A stretch of 62,892 nt of DNA, filler included, from Hyphochytrium catenoides (taxonomy: Eukaryota > Protista > Hyphochytriomycota): NCBI GenBank assembly GCA_900088475.1. It is 14 parts of 14 records of this genome, joined end to end, with 100 filler letters (N's around TTAATTAATTAA, not from the genome) between each part and the next. Parts side by side here need not be neighbours in the genome. Positions count along the whole stretch, not along the records: positions 1 to 11,142 come from FLMG01000582.1; positions 11,243 to 16,457 come from FLMG01003461.1; 12 more parts are not named here. One strand, 5' to 3'. Position numbers and translations under genes: made by a program. Each line of letters starts with the position of its first letter. Position 1 is the first letter of the stretch. Below are positions 1-12,799 of this stretch, piece by piece. The notes beneath the pieces are model-generated. The model was not told the DNA's origin and made no database searches. It saw only the letters and a list, made by a program, of their open reading frames with translations.

Positions 1-2
1 AT

Positions 3-451
3 GTCCATCTGATGCTGGCCAACTCTCATGAGTTCCTCAACATGACCGGACACCTCGTCATTGCATGGATGTGGGTCAAGCAGGTGAGCGTATCTCCTTT
101 GCCACACGGCTCGCTAACCTTACATAGAATGGCGTCGGATTCCTTTTTGATTAGGTTATGGCCTTCTTCTAATGGACTTCACCACTCTTTTGTCTTTGCT
201 GCACCTTGATGTCCATCTCGTGTGTCTCTCAGCACTTGCCTATGTGACATTATACTTATCTATGCTCGTAGGCAATTGTGGCAGCTGAACGTTTGCCAGG
301 GGCAGTTGGAGGCGATGCAGACTTCTACAAAGGGAAACTCTTTGCCTGTAGGTGGTTCTGCCACCAGGAGCTTCCTAAGACAAAGTATCAAAGCGAGCTG
401 CTTTGCAGTTTGGATGATAGCAATTTGAAGATGAAGGAAGAGTACTTCTAA
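3..451 (+). CDS. Acyl-CoA dehydrogenase, 3' end (Acyl-CoA_dh_C-type tail); exons 3-83 and 272-451
   Basis: Splicing GT84..AG271 gives LANSHEFLNMTGHLVIAWMWVKQ|AIVAAERLPGAVGGDADFYKGKLFACRWFCHQELPKTKYQSELLCSLDDSNLKMKEEYF*. This matches the 'LANA..yL...Gh...aW.W..Q...FY.GK...rff...ELP' tail of long bacterial-type acyl-CoA dehydrogenases. Confidence 0.8.
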
Positions 452-761
452 GAAGAAGATCAACAGTAGGAGACGAGCGCACATGCTACATGATCTAGTC
501 GAATCTCTGAACCCTCTATTAGTTTAACCGGACTCCATATTGGTGCCTAATAGTGAGTAGCACTCGGAGGCATTGCAGCGCTAGCGTTGGTATCTTTTGT
601 TCGCTTGTCATTAACTCTAACGGAGCCAACCAGAGATAGGTTTCTTCAGCTGTAAGGAAAGGAAGTAAAGTCGAAAGGAGTGCTCTTCAGCTTCGAAGGA
701 TGGTCCTCGGTCAAGCCAAAAAGAAAACTGGAACGGGGTCCGTCTGCCGAATAGATGTTGC

Positions 762-3700
762 TTAGCTTCGCATTTGTTCGTGCAAGACCTGAGCCTCTTC
801 CCAGAATGGAGGAGGATCCCAGCTAGTCTCACCCTGAAAGTAAACGTTAGAACCCCCATCGCCCCAGACAGTTGCCGAGTCACAAAGGGATCAAAGTAAT
901 AGAGAGAAGCATCTAAATGGACAAATTGATCTCGCAAGTCTGGAATGGAACCGAAGAAGATGAAGGCAGACGCAGATCTAGAGTGTCTCCTTCAAAAAAT
1001 GTCAGAAGAGAGAGGAAAAGAGAGCCTTAGCTCTTGCTTCCTACCGTGTCCTTGAGATAGTAGTACTAATGTGACGGATAAAGGACAGCAGCCACGATGT
1101 TAGAAACGCAGGGATTAGCAGGTCAAACTTTCTTTCTCCCTGTCTCTCTCTGTTTTTCTTTTCTACTCTCTTTTCTTTCTCTCTTCTCTCACCTTTTCCG
1201 AGTACTCGTCGTACTGCATAGTCCATCTCGTTGCCTCAAAGCGTCTCATTTCCTATGGGTTGCGGTGCCAAATGCGATATCAGCAGGTGCCCCCAAACGC
1301 AGAGGAGAGGAAGACAAAAACTCAAGATACGACGGTCCTTCAGCTTCAAGGGAAGCGACAGGTAGAGGTAAGACTTTGAGAGAAGGAAAGAGAGACAGAG
1401 TATGGGAGTTGAGAGACAGTTAGACCGGTAGAAGGTCTCTGATGTTACCCACCAGTTCAGCTTTCTTGTTCTCTTCTGCCTGCAACTTCCTGCTAATCTC
1501 GAGCCTCTTCACCTCTCTTCTCATCTTGGCGTTCGCTACCGCCACCTCTCTCCAGGCCTGGAAGACGCTCTTGATGCCTAGCGAGTGCCAGCTGTCCAGA
1601 ATTCGGNNNNNNNNNAGCAGGAGCTACCTTAGCCCGAGCATAGACTACTCGCTTCTCAACATATTCAGCCTATGAGATATTAGTCCCTTGTCAGTCTGGG
1701 GCAAAGCAAATGGAAGAGGGGCCGAGGGGGATTGTGCAAGAGGCCGTCTCAAACTTTCCACATGAGGCACAAGCTGATTATGCAGAGATTCGCAGCGAAA
1801 GACAGGTAGACTAGGATAGCCGTACCCTGATTCTATTCTCATGCCATAGCAAAACCTCATCTTCTGTTAGCTCTAGACGCCGCAAACGCGTCTATAAAGA
1901 GGAGAATGGAGAGACAGAGCGCTCTGAGATCCGAATACAGTCACTTCACGAACAGCAAGATAAGAACTCTTTTTGCATTGTCCCTCGTATCCTTTGTGAA
2001 GCTATCTCTGATGCTTCTTTGACTGATTGAGAAGGCCGCCACTCACCTCGTGTGCCGCCAGCTTAGCCTTCCATCTTTCTCTAAGTTNNNNNNNNNNNNN
2101 NNNNNNNNNNNNNNNNNNNNNNNNNNNNNNNNNNNNNNNNNNNNNNNNNNNNNNNNNNNNNNNNNNNNNNNNTGAGACAGCATGCATACCGCTTCTTGAT
2201 CTTCTATCTCGTCGTCCATCTCGTCCTGATGGTCTAGAGCTGCAAGCATGTGGTCCTCCTTCGGACGCTCCTTGCTCGCTTCTAATTCTTCTATGGCCTT
2301 CCTGGTCTTTTCTTTCGCTCTGTCACTACCTCCTTCTGACTCCAACTTTGAGAGCTTCAGTTCATGCTCACGAATCTTTGCATCTACTCGCTTCAGAAAC
2401 TTTTCTCGTTCCTGACAAAGAAGTATGGGGAGCATAAGAACCACACGTTCGTAAGACTGACCACACCGAGGATGAAAGTGTTCAACCCCACGTTACTCAG
2501 AATGGAAGAGAGGCTCGGAGGACGGAAAAAGAGCCAAGACTAAGCAGGGATCCGACTCTCCAACTGCCTAAGACGTGAACCAAGGAAGGAAGAAATGGAC
2601 ATGGCGAAGATCCCAGATTCGATGGGAGCCGACTTGCGAAGGGAGAGTGAACCGGGGAGAGGCTAGAGACGAGGAAGCAGGGGAAGTAAGAGATTGAGGA
2701 AGGACAGAAAGAAAATTAAGAAAAGCACAACTATGGAAGTGATTGATAAGCATAGTGGCAACACCTAATGAGAAGAGAGAGAGAGTGTCGCAGGGGCCCT
2801 TCAAAGCACATCTCTCTCAAGAAATGAGCCACTGATAAACTTGGCGCTGATCTTACCTGAAGGACTCTTTCTCTATTCTTTTGTCTACTTTCCTTCTGAG
2901 ATGCGCGACTGTCTAGTAGCTTCTTCGCCTTCTTATACTCTTTCCACCTTTTCATGTCTCCTTCCCATCTCTTCTCGGCCTTATCCTTCACATAAACTAA
3001 GCCTTGCTCACTCTCTATGAAGCGAAGAGCTTTTTCTCTGGCTCTCTTCTCAGCCTTCTGCAGCTTCTTCTGGCACTCTATGGAGCGGAGGAGGCCCTTA
3101 AAGTCTTCCTCTTTCATGATGTCCTTACGAATTAGCATCCCATCTCTTTGGCACTTGAAGCCCTTCTTTTGAGGAGGAATGCAGAGCTTCTTCTCTTTTG
3201 TCACTGGGTCTATACAGTTACATTTACGGAAGTAAACCTATGAAGGAGGAAAGGAGTGCACGGCATCGTCAAAAACAGTCAAAAGGAGAGAGATAGGAAT
3301 AGTGAGCTTCAAAGCAACACGAAGATCGGCTCCCCAAAGCTCATGTCGCTTCTTTGGAAAGAACGCTTCATGCAGCGCTGAAGGAAGCGCCAGCTGTAAT
3401 CTCCTGCTGCCTCAGCGGCCCTCGCACAGTAGCGTTCATAGAACCTAAGACGCTCCCAGTTTTTTGAAACCTCTTTCACGATCTGCCTTTCCATTTTTTC
3501 GCCTCATCCCACCCTCAGACCAACAGTTACGGCGGAGCATGGTTGTCGATCGTGTAAGGACGACGGCTTCCTCTGTACATTTGATACCGTGGATATAGAC
3601 CGTAGCACTACATTTACCTTATCAAACTTCAGTGCAGGCCCTACGCTGTCCTTGATCTCAAGCAGCGCAGATATGACTTCTCTCTCTCCATAGTCAAACG

Positions 3701-6700
3701 AGAGCAGCTCACCGTCACCCAGTCTCTTCTACACGATGATAGGGCATCATGACGAGGACGATGCAAAAGATAAGCCAGAATCGCAACGTAAGCGTACAAA
3801 CAAGTAAGGACGCCTAGTAGGATCAGCAAATTGAGCGAGGTAGCATAGAGTTTCCAGAAAGATTCTCAAGAATTTCAACACGTTAGCTGACCTGAGGACT
3901 TCTTGCAGACGCCTTCGTTTGCTCGTTCGTGCCGCCTTCCTCCTTCATTCGCTTGATGTTCCAATAATTCCTCATTTCTGGGATCACTTTCTGCAATAGT
4001 AGTAGTTGGCTTAGACCCCAAACTAAAGGGCAGGTAGAAGAAAAGAAGACGCTGGCACAAGGTGCCCTGCCGTCGTCGAAGAGATGCACTAATAGACAGA
4101 AGCAGCAAAGAGAGACCTAATAATGCCAGTTAAGCAGAAAAAAGGGGAACTATGGTTGAGGATACAAAGGAGTGATTGTGCTCTACGAGGCTTCCAAGAG
4201 GAGGCAGAGGGTACCTCAAAAAGATGCTCGCGGACGATTCCCACATACTGAATTGTTTGCCCTCCCTCAACGACCTCTTCCACCTCCTTCTCGAATACCG
4301 CTGGGTCTGCCAATGCCGGGACTTCTTCCAGAACAGACAGGAGGAGACGCTGTAAGGCGTTGAAGACCTTGCGATTGTGCTTCGATGCCTCCATAGCCAA
4401 CTTATTGTTAAAGTACGCTATTATACCCTGCAAACCTGCGGAAGCCAAGATATACAGGATCGTGATGCGATGTCAGGTCATAGTGGCTGTCGCAATTGTC
4501 CATTCTGTCAAGCAGACAATGCGGGAGAACTAGTGGTCGAACCCAGTTGATCTCGAATGCATAGTAGTTACTTTCAAGAGGGGGAACCCACATAAGGACG
4601 AGGTAGAACAAGACAGGCCAAGCAGCTCACGCACAACAGGTTCAGAGGAAAGAGGACATCAGACAAAGCATCAAAGATCAATGCAGCGGGTTTGATTATG
4701 GAAGATAGGACCGAGGAAGAAGTGGCGGCGGGAGCTGTAGCAGACTAGACAAAAAAGCAATTGAGGAGCCGAGAGGAGAATTGCTCTCTTATGGTGGTCG
4801 GCTTACATTACCTTTGGCGACTTCAGGCATGGGAGGAATATGAAAGGGGTTCTGGTCGATCCTGAGCACCTTCAACGTAGAGAGAAACCGAAAAGAGAGA
4901 GGAAGTTCTTGCAGCTTGTTCCAGTCTAGAAAGAGAGAGTGAAGGTTGCCCATCTCTCCTATGGTATAAGGCAAAGAGCATATCTTGTTGTTGGAGAGAG
5001 AAAGAACCTTGAGAGTCTTCATCTGATAAATTTCCGGAGGAAGTGCTCCGATCTCATTCCTTCAACCATCAACCGTGCAGCAGTGAGCATCAGACTAGGT
5101 CCATAATGAGGAGTCTAGTAGTACGCAGCAAAAGAACTCGGAAGATAAGTCTAAACAGTGCACCCACTTGTATGCACTGGTGAGCAGCAGGTGAGAGTAA
5201 GATGGATGATACTAGAACAAAACTGCAGGAGACCTGAAGAGAGAAGAAAGGAAGGAGACCATATAACTTTGACTACCGGTTCAGAAACAAATTCTCTACT
5301 TTGGGCATCCTTGTAAGGCACATCGGAAACTGTTGGAGCGCATTACTAGTCAGATGACAAGTGACGCACTGCATCATGCCCACAGATTCAGGCAGGGACC
5401 GGAGCTTGTTCTTTTCGAGCAGAAGCTTCGTTAGGCCCTGGAGTTTGCCCTAAGATGAGGACCCAATCAGCCATAGTGTGATGAATGTCCCGAGCGACTA
5501 GTACCTCTTCCTATATAAAACTCTCTCTCTCTCTCTCTTGTCTCTCTGGCCCTCTTTCTTCCTGTCTCACTGTTCTTCTGCCACCATCGTTGCAATGATT
5601 CGCTTGCATGCGTCTCCCTTCTCGCACTTCTTCTATCACATGGCTATCTACGAGTATAACCATAAGTGATTGGCATACCAACGCCTTCGGCATGGCCTCG
5701 AGCTGGTTGTTCGTCAGATCCAATAGTTCGAGGGATGTAAGGTTGCACTGTAAATGGAGTGTGAAGGAGCCCCAAGAGGGTTAGGACTAAGTTATAGGTC
5801 AGAGCAGAAGGCAGGCAAGCAAGTCGTATTAGCAGGAGGTGGCGGTCAGCCGCTGGTATCGGATGATGAGGATTTCGCCGCGTAGGATATTCTAAGCTAG
5901 CAGGCGGACATGGAGAAAGATCTTGAAGTAGAGTGACAGGGATGAGGAAAGCAGAGCAATGCAAACATCCGCACAATCCATAGAGTACAAGGAGCGAAAC
6001 AGAGCAGATCAGAGGCTGCAAAAGCTGCGAAGAAGGAAACATAGCAACTCTGCACACCACGGACTCCGGGAGCACCCTCAGTTTATTCTTCATCAGATTG
6101 AGCTGCTTTAATGAGGCGAGGCTGCCAATCTGAAACAATGGCAAAGAAGTAGAAGTCAACCTCTTTGTATCCAGGATTACAGGTTTAGATAGAAAGAAGG
6201 GCACGAGTAGATGAAGGGCAAGGGAGAGGACAGAGAATCCAGACCTTGAGGTATGGCGTCATTCAACAATGGTGGGACTTCTACGGAAAAGAAGAAAGGA
6301 GTCTCAGGAGAAAGTATTAGCCAGGACCTCATCTGGAAGGATCTCCAGCTCGTTTGCCTCTAGATTGATAACCGTGAGGGACGAGAGGGCTTGAAAGACG
6401 GAGGGAGGAACAAACGCAACCTTCATTCCAACCACTCGAAGTGCTACAAGTTCCGGCCATGCCAGCACCTGGTAGTATAGTAGGTTAGCGACGGCTCAGT
6501 TGAAGAAGGGCAGGACGAAGAGAAAGGCTGGAATAAAGTGAGAAGATTAGCCAGGGAGGATTGCAGAGCGTGAGTAAAAGCCCAAAGAAGAGCAAGAGCT
6601 CGTATAGACAGAGGCGGAGACGGAAGAAAGATATGAAGTGATGAAGGAGAAGGAGATATTAGGATTGCAGTTAACAAAGACTAGTAGCACCAGCCTCTCA

Positions 6701-7105
6701 GCAGGAGAGAATCATGCATCACTGCCATTTTGAGCTAGTCCTGGCCTCACTATGTACCTCTTCCCAGGCAAAATAGCCCGTAGCGGACTTCCAGGAGATG
6801 TTGAACTCTTTCTTCTTTGAGACTTCCTTGATGTAGGGGAGCCAAAACTTTTGTCTTGCATCTTCCTCAGCCTTGGCAGCGTCAAGCTGGGCAGCCTGCA
6901 GGAGTAAAGGGCAAGGGCAAGGCCAAGGGAAGTGTTCAGACGAACAGCTATCTTTCGAGCTCCTTCTGCAGCACTGCTGGTGAAGACACTGAATATAAAA
7001 AGAGAGCGCCGAGTCCCTTGTCTCCCTTACATCTCTTGCGGCCTGTAGTTCTTGCTGCCGCAACTCAATGTAGTGCTTGCGGTCCTCCTCTGAAAGAGAG
7101 GTCAT
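762..7105 (-). CDS. Multi-exon leucine-rich repeat protein with coiled-coil region and C-terminal WW domain
   Basis: LRR exons include LSSLTVINLEANELEILPDE|IGSLASLKQLNLMKNKLRVLPESV|CNLTSLELLDLTNNQLEAMPKA and MKTLKVLSLSNNKICSLPYTIGEMGNLHSLFLDWNKLQELP. K/E/R-rich helical exons lie at 2170-3230. The last exons read WTMQYDEYSEK|YYYLKDT|GETSWDPPPFWEEAQVLHEQMRS*. The junctions I checked are GT-AG; the middle exons were not all phased. Confidence 0.75.
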
Positions 7106-8037
7106 ATTGGTTGACCACAGCTCCAGAAGGTCGGCCTCACTAACCCCTTATTAATTCACTAAGAGCAGAGAGAGAGAGCCACCATGACGGTCACAGGATG
7201 CGACAAGTCGCAGCGACAACTTTACCCCGAAGGTTAACAGAAGACTGCATCAGAGCATGGACGCCCAGCCAAGATTTATCAATCACTCTGTGGGCTGCTA
7301 ACATCTCCCATTCTCCTCGTGCATGTTGACCCAAACTATAACGAATACGGTTGCCTCTCTCTCACTGCTTCCTCCTAAGGTCGTCATCCCCATCCCTATT
7401 GNNNNNNNNNNNNNNNNNNNNNNNNNNNNNNNNNNNNNNNNNNNNNNNNNNNNNNNNNNNNNNNNNNNNNNNNNNNNNNNNNNNNNNNNNNNNNNNNNNN
7501 NNNNNNNNNNNNNNNNNNNNNNNNNNNNNNNNNNNNNNNNNNNNNNNNNNNNNNNNNNNNNNNNNNNNNNNNNNNNNNNNNNNNNNNNNNNNNNNNNNNN
7601 NNNNNNNNNNNNNNNNNNNNNNNNNNNNNNNNNNNNNNNNNNNNNNNNNNNNNNNNNNNNNNNNNNNNNNNNNNNNNNNNNNNNNNNNNNNNNNNNNNNN
7701 NNNNNNNNNNNNNNNNNNNNNNNNNNNNNNNNNACTTCAAGGTAAGGTCGTCATCCCATCCCTATTGTCCGCCACACTCTCAGACCATGATTCACTGCAG
7801 CCTCGCGTGGCAAGGAAGAGAAGCGCTGAAGATTGCGGAAGATGCAGATCCGGACAAGGAAGACGAGCTCTCAGTGCATTTTCTCATGTCTCCCAAAGGT
7901 CAAGGAAGCCCAGGGGGCCGGGGGGGGCGGACAGTAAGTGAAACGCCCATCATAATGTCTTTCTACAGCAGAGCTATCAGGAATAAGAACATTAGAATGA
8001 TAACAAATCTAGTGATTTACAGTCAATATTAGGAATG

Positions 8038-9476
8038 TTACTGCACAAGTGAGGCATAGACTTTCCGTGGTCCTTCGAATGCCCGTCGCGCGTGCATCAC
8101 CTGGAAGTTGTCAATCAAGGCCACGTCGCCTGCTTGCCACTGAAGCTCCACCTCACTCTCCTTGCAAAGTGCATCAGCTAGGTCTAGAGCTTCAGTGTTA
8201 ACCTCGCTCCCATCGCCAAAGGTCAGATAGTCGCTGACATTGAGCGCAGAAAGATCCTTGCCACTCTGGGCCTGGAAGTCTTTCGCGTTACCTGCCCATT
8301 GANNNNNNNNNNNNNNNNNNNNNNNNNNNNNNNNNNNNNNNNNNNNNNNNNNNNNNNNNNNNNNNNNNNNNNNNNNNNNNNNNNNNNNNNNNNNNNNNNN
8401 NNNNNNNNNNNNNNNNNNNNNNNNNNNNNNNNNNNNNNNNNNNNNNNNNNNNNNNNNNNNNNNNNNNNNNNNNNNNNNNNNNNNNNNNNNNNNNNNNNNN
8501 NNNNNNNNNNNNNNNNNNNNNNNNNNNNNNNNNNNNNNNNNNNNNNNNNNNNNNNNNNNNNNNNNNNNNNNNNNNNNNNNNNNNNNNNNNNNNNNNNNNN
8601 NNNNNNNNNNNTGTTAACCTCGCTCCCATCGCCAAAGGTCAGATAGTCGCTGACTTTGAGCGCAGATAGATCCTTGCCACTCTGGGCCTGGAAGTCTTTG
8701 GCGTTACCTGCCCATTGAGCAGCCATCTGGTTGAAGAACACACGCCTTCCAGAGCCTGGCGCCGTTAACACAGCCGGTAGGATTGGTGTCTTAGTACGGA
8801 GGACGTCATTCTCCAACCATTCCCAGGTATAGCCAAGTTCTAGCATCCGCTTTTCTACCGCTTCTTTAGTGTTACAGCCGAAGAAGGATCTCCAACTCCT
8901 GCCAGCTCCCTTACTAGCGTCTTGTTCGGGAGGGAGCGTTGCAGAGTAAACGACACCTTTGCTTTCACAGTCGCGAATAAACTCTGGATACTTGGCTTCG
9001 AGCCCCCTTAAAACAAGGTTTGATGGGCACACTGCAGTCGCTCCGCCTATCGGCGAAGGAGTCTGGCAGTAGAAGACGATTTTCGAGGGATACTTGGGCG
9101 CTTGGGCTTGCTCATGGTGGAAAACCATTCCGCCGGTCTTTCCCTCGTTGGTAGTGCACACTCTATCGCAGACAGGGAGCCGTACAGCATAGGAGAGGGA
9201 GTCTTCGTAGGGCAAGTCGGCCCACCCTTGAAAGGCTTTAACAAAGACTTCTAAATCATGTGCCTCTTTCACTGGGAAGTTTCTAAAAAGGACAACACCG
9301 TGCTCGTACATAAGACCCTCTATCTCCCTTTGATGGGAAGTCACCCACTCCGCGATCTTCTCGATGGTAGTAGTTGGATCCACGCATTCCAAGCACACAG
9401 GAAAGGAGACACCATCTTCGATGGTCTTCTGCCCAGGAAGTGCCACAATCTTCGCAAAGCTCTCAAACCCTGCCAT
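8038..9476 (-). CDS. TauD/TfdA-family 2OG-Fe(II) dioxygenase, clavaminate synthase-like; intronless; the internal N gap appears to be a false gap
   Basis: Motifs HGVVLFRNFP, VFHHEQAQAPKYPSKIVFYC (HxE) and RRVFFNQ. After merging the duplicated gap flanks the C-terminus reads WQAGDVALIDNFQVMHARRAFEGPRKVYASLVQ* (distal His and 2OG-binding Arg). Confidence 0.9.
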
Positions 9477-11142
9477 CTTATCTTGCTATCTCTTAGTACC
9501 TAGTAGCTGCTCAGAATGACTGGAACTCAGGATAAGGGATGGACCGCCAGAGTCAATAGGGTTATTTGAGGGATGGCACACGACGCTGATGGGAAAGTGC
9601 GCTTGGTCTGCTAAGTTTGAAGGGATGAAACTTAGGAGCACGTGATGCACTCCGAATGCCAATAACGACGGTTAGCAACTGGTCTCAGCCTCCCTTGATG
9701 GAGCCCCCTGACAAGCGCGAGTAGTGATTGCTTGCGCGTTATCAGCAGCAGAGCGTTTTCCTGTTATTAGAGCGTTTGGGTAATGGCTGGGTTGATGTCG
9801 AATGTGTCTGCATACAATGCCTTTATAAAGACAATAGAAGATGGGATGCAGGAAGATGCCTGGCACTCCTCGCTCCCAGAGCAGCAGCTTAACTCTAAGG
9901 CTGAGAATGGGCTTTGCCGACTGCTAGAGTGCTCGACGGTCGACAGAGGGGATGTTACGAGGTCGGAGTAGCAAGGTAATTCCAAGCCTACAGGTTCTGC
10001 CTAATAGAGCGATGGACTGGACTGACGGACTGACACTTTAGGACTCCTCCTAGCCGCCTCAGCTTGCACGACTAGACGTATCTAGTCTGCGACGCTTCAC
10101 TAAATATAAGAACGGGAGGAAAGAGAATCTGTCTCTGGGTGGTGATGATAAGGCAAGGCCCGAGAAGGCTTTGGTTCTTCAGTAGGAGGAAAGTCTTCAG
10201 AGAATCCGGCTCTCTGTGTCTTCAACTCAGGTGAGCCTCAGCTACCACAATCGGTGCCTCGTTCCTTATACTATTCGATAGTTTGAGCGCACCAGGATCA
10301 AAATGAAAAAGCGCTCGCACTTATCCTAACGGTACTAATAACCTCCGCACAAAGAGCGGTACTCCTAAAGTGTGCGTTAAATGGGTTCGACAGTGGAAGA
10401 TGTACAACGTGTTGAGAGTTTGTGTGCGTTGTACACAACCTACCATAGTTAGAGCGGTCAACGGCCAGTAGCGGTTAGCGGTAAGTAGCGTTCTTGTCTG
10501 CAATCAGAACTCTTGAATACTAAAAGCTCCGATCGCACAGGGCAATAATCTGTACATTACTTCTTCGGGCCTTCCATCAGAAGCTGAATGCATGCCATTG
10601 CCGCTGCTCTGTCGTCCTCGTCAAGCTGCAAATATAATAAGCTGCTACGGGTGATTGGTTCATGTCGACGGGGCTACGTGCTCGCTGCCATCCTCCTGAG
10701 CGCATAAGAGAATCGTTTACCCGTCGTCGTGGGTGGCAGCAGCTGATACCGCGATGGCTCATAGATTAGGGAACTTCTTCTCCCTGTTGTCGAGGAGGGC
10801 TAGAACTCAAGTCAAGAATACCCTTGAAGGGATTCAAAAAGGTGAAGATATGTGTCTCTTGAGACATAGCACGATGCAACATTCTCACACGGCATTCTGT
10901 TAACAGTTGCAGGAGCTGAGATCCCTCGAGATAATACTCTTTGGAAGTTTGCGTCTACGACCGATCTGGACAAGTTGCACACGTATGGTGATTATAGAAT
11001 TGGAGGTGGGATGACAGCCTCGACAAGAGCCAGATAATATTGCGTGCTTCTTGTAGGGAAACGTACTAACGGAGCCGTTTGCGCTACAGGTGGCTCAACA
11101 TGCGAAGCCAGCTATCAGGAGGATATAATCGATGGCAAGCCT

Positions 11143-11242
11143 NNNNNNNNNNNNNNNNNNNNNNNNNNNNNNNNNNNNNNNNNNNNTTAATTAATTAANN
11201 NNNNNNNNNNNNNNNNNNNNNNNNNNNNNNNNNNNNNNNNNN
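11143..11242. other. Artificial contig linker (N44-TTAATTAATTAA-N44). The same linker occurs at 16458-16557, 17592-17691, 18758-18857, 23055-23154, 24240-24339, 34899-34998, 43374-43473, 47527-47626, 48924-49023, 50500-50599, 54345-54444 and 59084-59183
   Basis: Identical 100-bp block with stop codons in all six frames, present 13 times; genes are truncated at these points. Confidence 0.97.
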
Positions 11243-11410
11243 GCTGCACTGAGGCTCTTCTGACTGTTGCGCTGCCAGCTCAGATTAGTTCTCTTTGCAG
11301 ATTCGTTATCGGTATCTGTCGGCCGATATCTGAAGTTTATCGTGGCTTCAGAAATAAGTCTGCAGATTCAATCCGTGGCGCAGTCTTGGCTAATACCGAG
11401 ACTGTCTCAC

Positions 11411-11422
11411 TGGTAGCTGAGC
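11411..11422 (+). promoter_or_regulatory. Primer-binding site TGGTAGCTGAGC (probably initiator tRNA-Met)
   Basis: TGG-initiated 12-mer 1 nt after ...TCTCA (LTR end); resembles the known iMet PBS sequences TGGTATCAGAGC and TGGTAGCAGAG. Confidence 0.75.
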
Positions 11423-11731
11423 ATAGCCGCTAACGGCCTGGTTACTGGCTATCTTGAGTCTTCATAGGGAGTGATCAGTCTGATCCTGCCCTGCACTTGA
11501 AGTGACGGTTGGGTAACAACCTGCACTTGAAGTGATTCTAAGTGACTACTCCGTACTTTTTTCTTGTCTAATCCTTATCCTGAGGGAGCTCAGGGTGGCT
11601 GTTCGTACTTTATAGCCTGACGTCAGCTATAAAGAGTTGGGACAGAAGACTGTTAGCGAGAGAGTCGTCAGCTCTTTCTGTTCTTCCAAGAACGAGTACC
11701 AGAGGTGGATTAGAAGAAGTTCAATTCAGCC

Positions 11732-12799
11732 ATGGCAGAAGAACGAGGTAGAGAGTCAGCTGGAAGGGAGAGTGAGGAAGGCTTTCCCAATGCTGAGCAA
11801 AGAGTGAGAGACGATCGAGTGGAGGCGGCATTCCAAATCTCTGAGTAAACGGCCGAGGCCACTCGGCTGTTAGTGCATCAACGCGCCGCACCACATGGAA
11901 TTTTAATGGATAGGGTCCGGACTTTTCCAATTCCTCCGTTTGAATGGGAGCAACCAAGCTTGCAGTATGCAAGAAATTGGCTGCAGGAAGTTCTGGATTG
12001 GTTTGACAAGGTCGAGGCGGAGAGTGATGAAGCGAGGTTATACCTCATAACCTTTGCTTTTAAGTCACAGCGGATTAAGACGTGGTGGACGTCTTTGCGA
12101 CGCGACATTGTTGCTCGCAGAAGAGACCCAATTACTACTTGGGTAGAGTTGGAAAACCTCCTTCGCCGTGAGTTTCTAGGAGGAGCCTACTATGAACAAC
12201 AATGTCGAGATCAACTGCGGAGATTACAAGGTCAGGGACCAAGGTTGCCTTTACATCGCTATACATCGCAGTTTCGGACCCTAGCGACCGAGCTATCCTA
12301 CGATGAAGCTACTCGTGTATATGAGTACATCGAAGGATTGCGGATAGAGACAGCCTACAACGTCCGGACCAATCGCCCGGCTACCTTAGATGATGCGGTG
12401 TTTTTCGCTCAGAGTTTCGAAAACATCGTGAACTCAATGAGGGGTAGGAGGAGACAATTTACGGGCGGAGTTATTAACAACAACCCCTTCCCACGCAACG
12501 CACCGCCAGCCAGGGAGAGAACGGAACAAGAGCGTCATCAAAATGGCGGTGGTGCGGGAAATCGCAATGGGAATAGGCCAGAGCCCATGGACCTGGATCA
12601 GATGAGGACGGGAAAAGACTTAAGTAAGATACAGTGCTACCGCTGCCGCGGGTACGGACACTATGCTCGTGACTGTGCCACACCTCCCAACCCATCTGAA
12701 GAACCAAAAGGTGGCAAGGAAAAGAATGACAAAAAAGGAGATAAAGATAATAAGGGAGACAAGGGGAACAAAGGCGACAAGAAGGACCCTTTTCAGTAA
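11732..12799 (+). pseudogene. gag: Gag (retrotrans_gag capsid plus CCHC zinc knuckle) with an in-frame TAA at 11846-11848
   Basis: ATG 11732 is in frame with ORF 11873-12799. Motifs WWTSL..TTWVELENLLRREF, YTSQFRTLATEL, PEPMDLD and CYRCRGYGHYARDC. Confidence 0.88.

Noticed and set aside
7323-8646. ORFs running through N gaps
   Set aside because: Their length comes from unknown bases.
9500-11142. Possible spliced plus-strand gene; similar fragments at 16558-17591, 41600-42230, 47627-48923 and 49024-50499
   Set aside because: Exon-like pieces exist, but I could not build a consistent model or recognise a family.
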